From a virus (lineage: Duplodnaviria; Caudoviricetes), in IMG/VR virus record IMGVR_UViG_3300020044_005297, positions 1-35,004 of that record: a DNA stretch of 35,004 nucleotides; one strand, written 5' to 3'. Positions 34,675 through 35,004 of the stretch are shown piece by piece. The notes below the pieces were generated by a model that was not told the DNA's origin, ran no database searches, and worked only from the letters and a program-made list of their open reading frames with translations. Numbering within the stretch: the first letter of the stretch is position 1; every line of letters begins with the position of its first letter. The position numbers were made by a program, and so were the translations under genes.

Positions 34675-34955
34675 GCAATGATACTGATGTATTATCTGAC
34701 CTTTACAAATTCGCTACCCCTTTGCTCATTGGTATTGTCGGTTATTTTCTTAAAGGAATTCTTAAAACTATCCGTAGAATTGAACAGGACTTCGGAAAGT
34801 TTCGGGAAGAGTATGCAGGACACAGGGTTGTTCTGCAGGAGCATAAAGAACGACTTGAGAAAATCGAAAGGAAACTTGAAGATTCGGACCGAGACTTCAA
34901 GCTATTCTTTATGGAATACGGCTCGGTACTTAAAAACGCAAAAAACAACCCCTAA
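34671..34955 (+). CDS. single-TM coiled-coil protein (possibly lysis-associated)
   Basis: FATPLLIGIVGYFL TM followed by a charged coiled coil. Confidence 0.6.
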   Translation: MSNDTDVLSDLYKFATPLLIGIVGYFLKGILKTIRRIEQDFGKFREEYAGHRVVLQEHKERLEKIERKLEDSDRDFKLFFMEYGSVLKNAKNNP

Positions 34956-34967
34956 AACCCAATAATC

Positions 34968-35004
34968 ATGAAAAACAAATCACTCGCTTGGCAGATCCTT
35001 TCAA
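34968..35004 (+). CDS. partial ORF running off the window end
   Basis: ATG AAA AAC AAA after an A-rich leader (MKNKSLAWQILS...). Confidence 0.45.
   Translation, partial: MKNKSLAWQILS

Noticed and set aside
467-34948. Numerous 60-105 aa minus-strand and nested plus-strand ORFs in the track
   Set aside because: They lie within long, well-supported + strand genes and show no motifs, so they are treated as shadow ORFs. Only 25067-25276 was kept.
1-35004. Alternative genetic code, tRNA genes, integrase or att site, introns and inteins
   Set aside because: Standard-code ORFs tile the window densely, core proteins have normal lengths, and no cloverleaf or recombinase motif was seen.

Overview
The window is most of a tailed (siphovirus-like) dsDNA phage genome, almost entirely on the + strand. 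The host is probably in Bacteroidota, judged from TAnnTTTG -7 promoter elements, A-rich leaders without Shine-Dalgarno motifs, an SSB-like protein ending in DLPF and a lipoprotein carrying D-S/T glycosylation motifs. Gene order is: lysis (3TM holin, M15 peptidase endolysin), metallophosphoesterase, small early genes, ERF plus RecE-like recombination, SSB-like, VRR-NUC, Prim-Pol/helicase with an iteron-type origin, FkbM methyltransferase, terminase, glycosyltransferases, three adjacent CxxC proteins, tail chaperone with a -1 frameshift, tape measure, tail tip, glycosyltransferase, portal, minor head, scaffold, major capsid, neck, tail tube, three paralogous MSSTW proteins with a fibre, lipoprotein and a glycoside-hydrolase-like protein. 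No integrase, tRNA, CRISPR array or reverse transcriptase was seen. Strongest leads: (1) Cys-clustered virion shell proteins together with a small membrane protein having a VKOR/DsbB-like four-Cys layout, a possible phage disulfide-formation system; (2) an intergenic two-hairpin element with a perfect 6-nt loop-loop complement; (3) a glycosyltransferase/methyltransferase set inside the morphogenesis genes, possibly for virion glycosylation; (4) a three-paralog anchor-plus-fibre module. All calls come from reading motifs and gene context; no searches were run.
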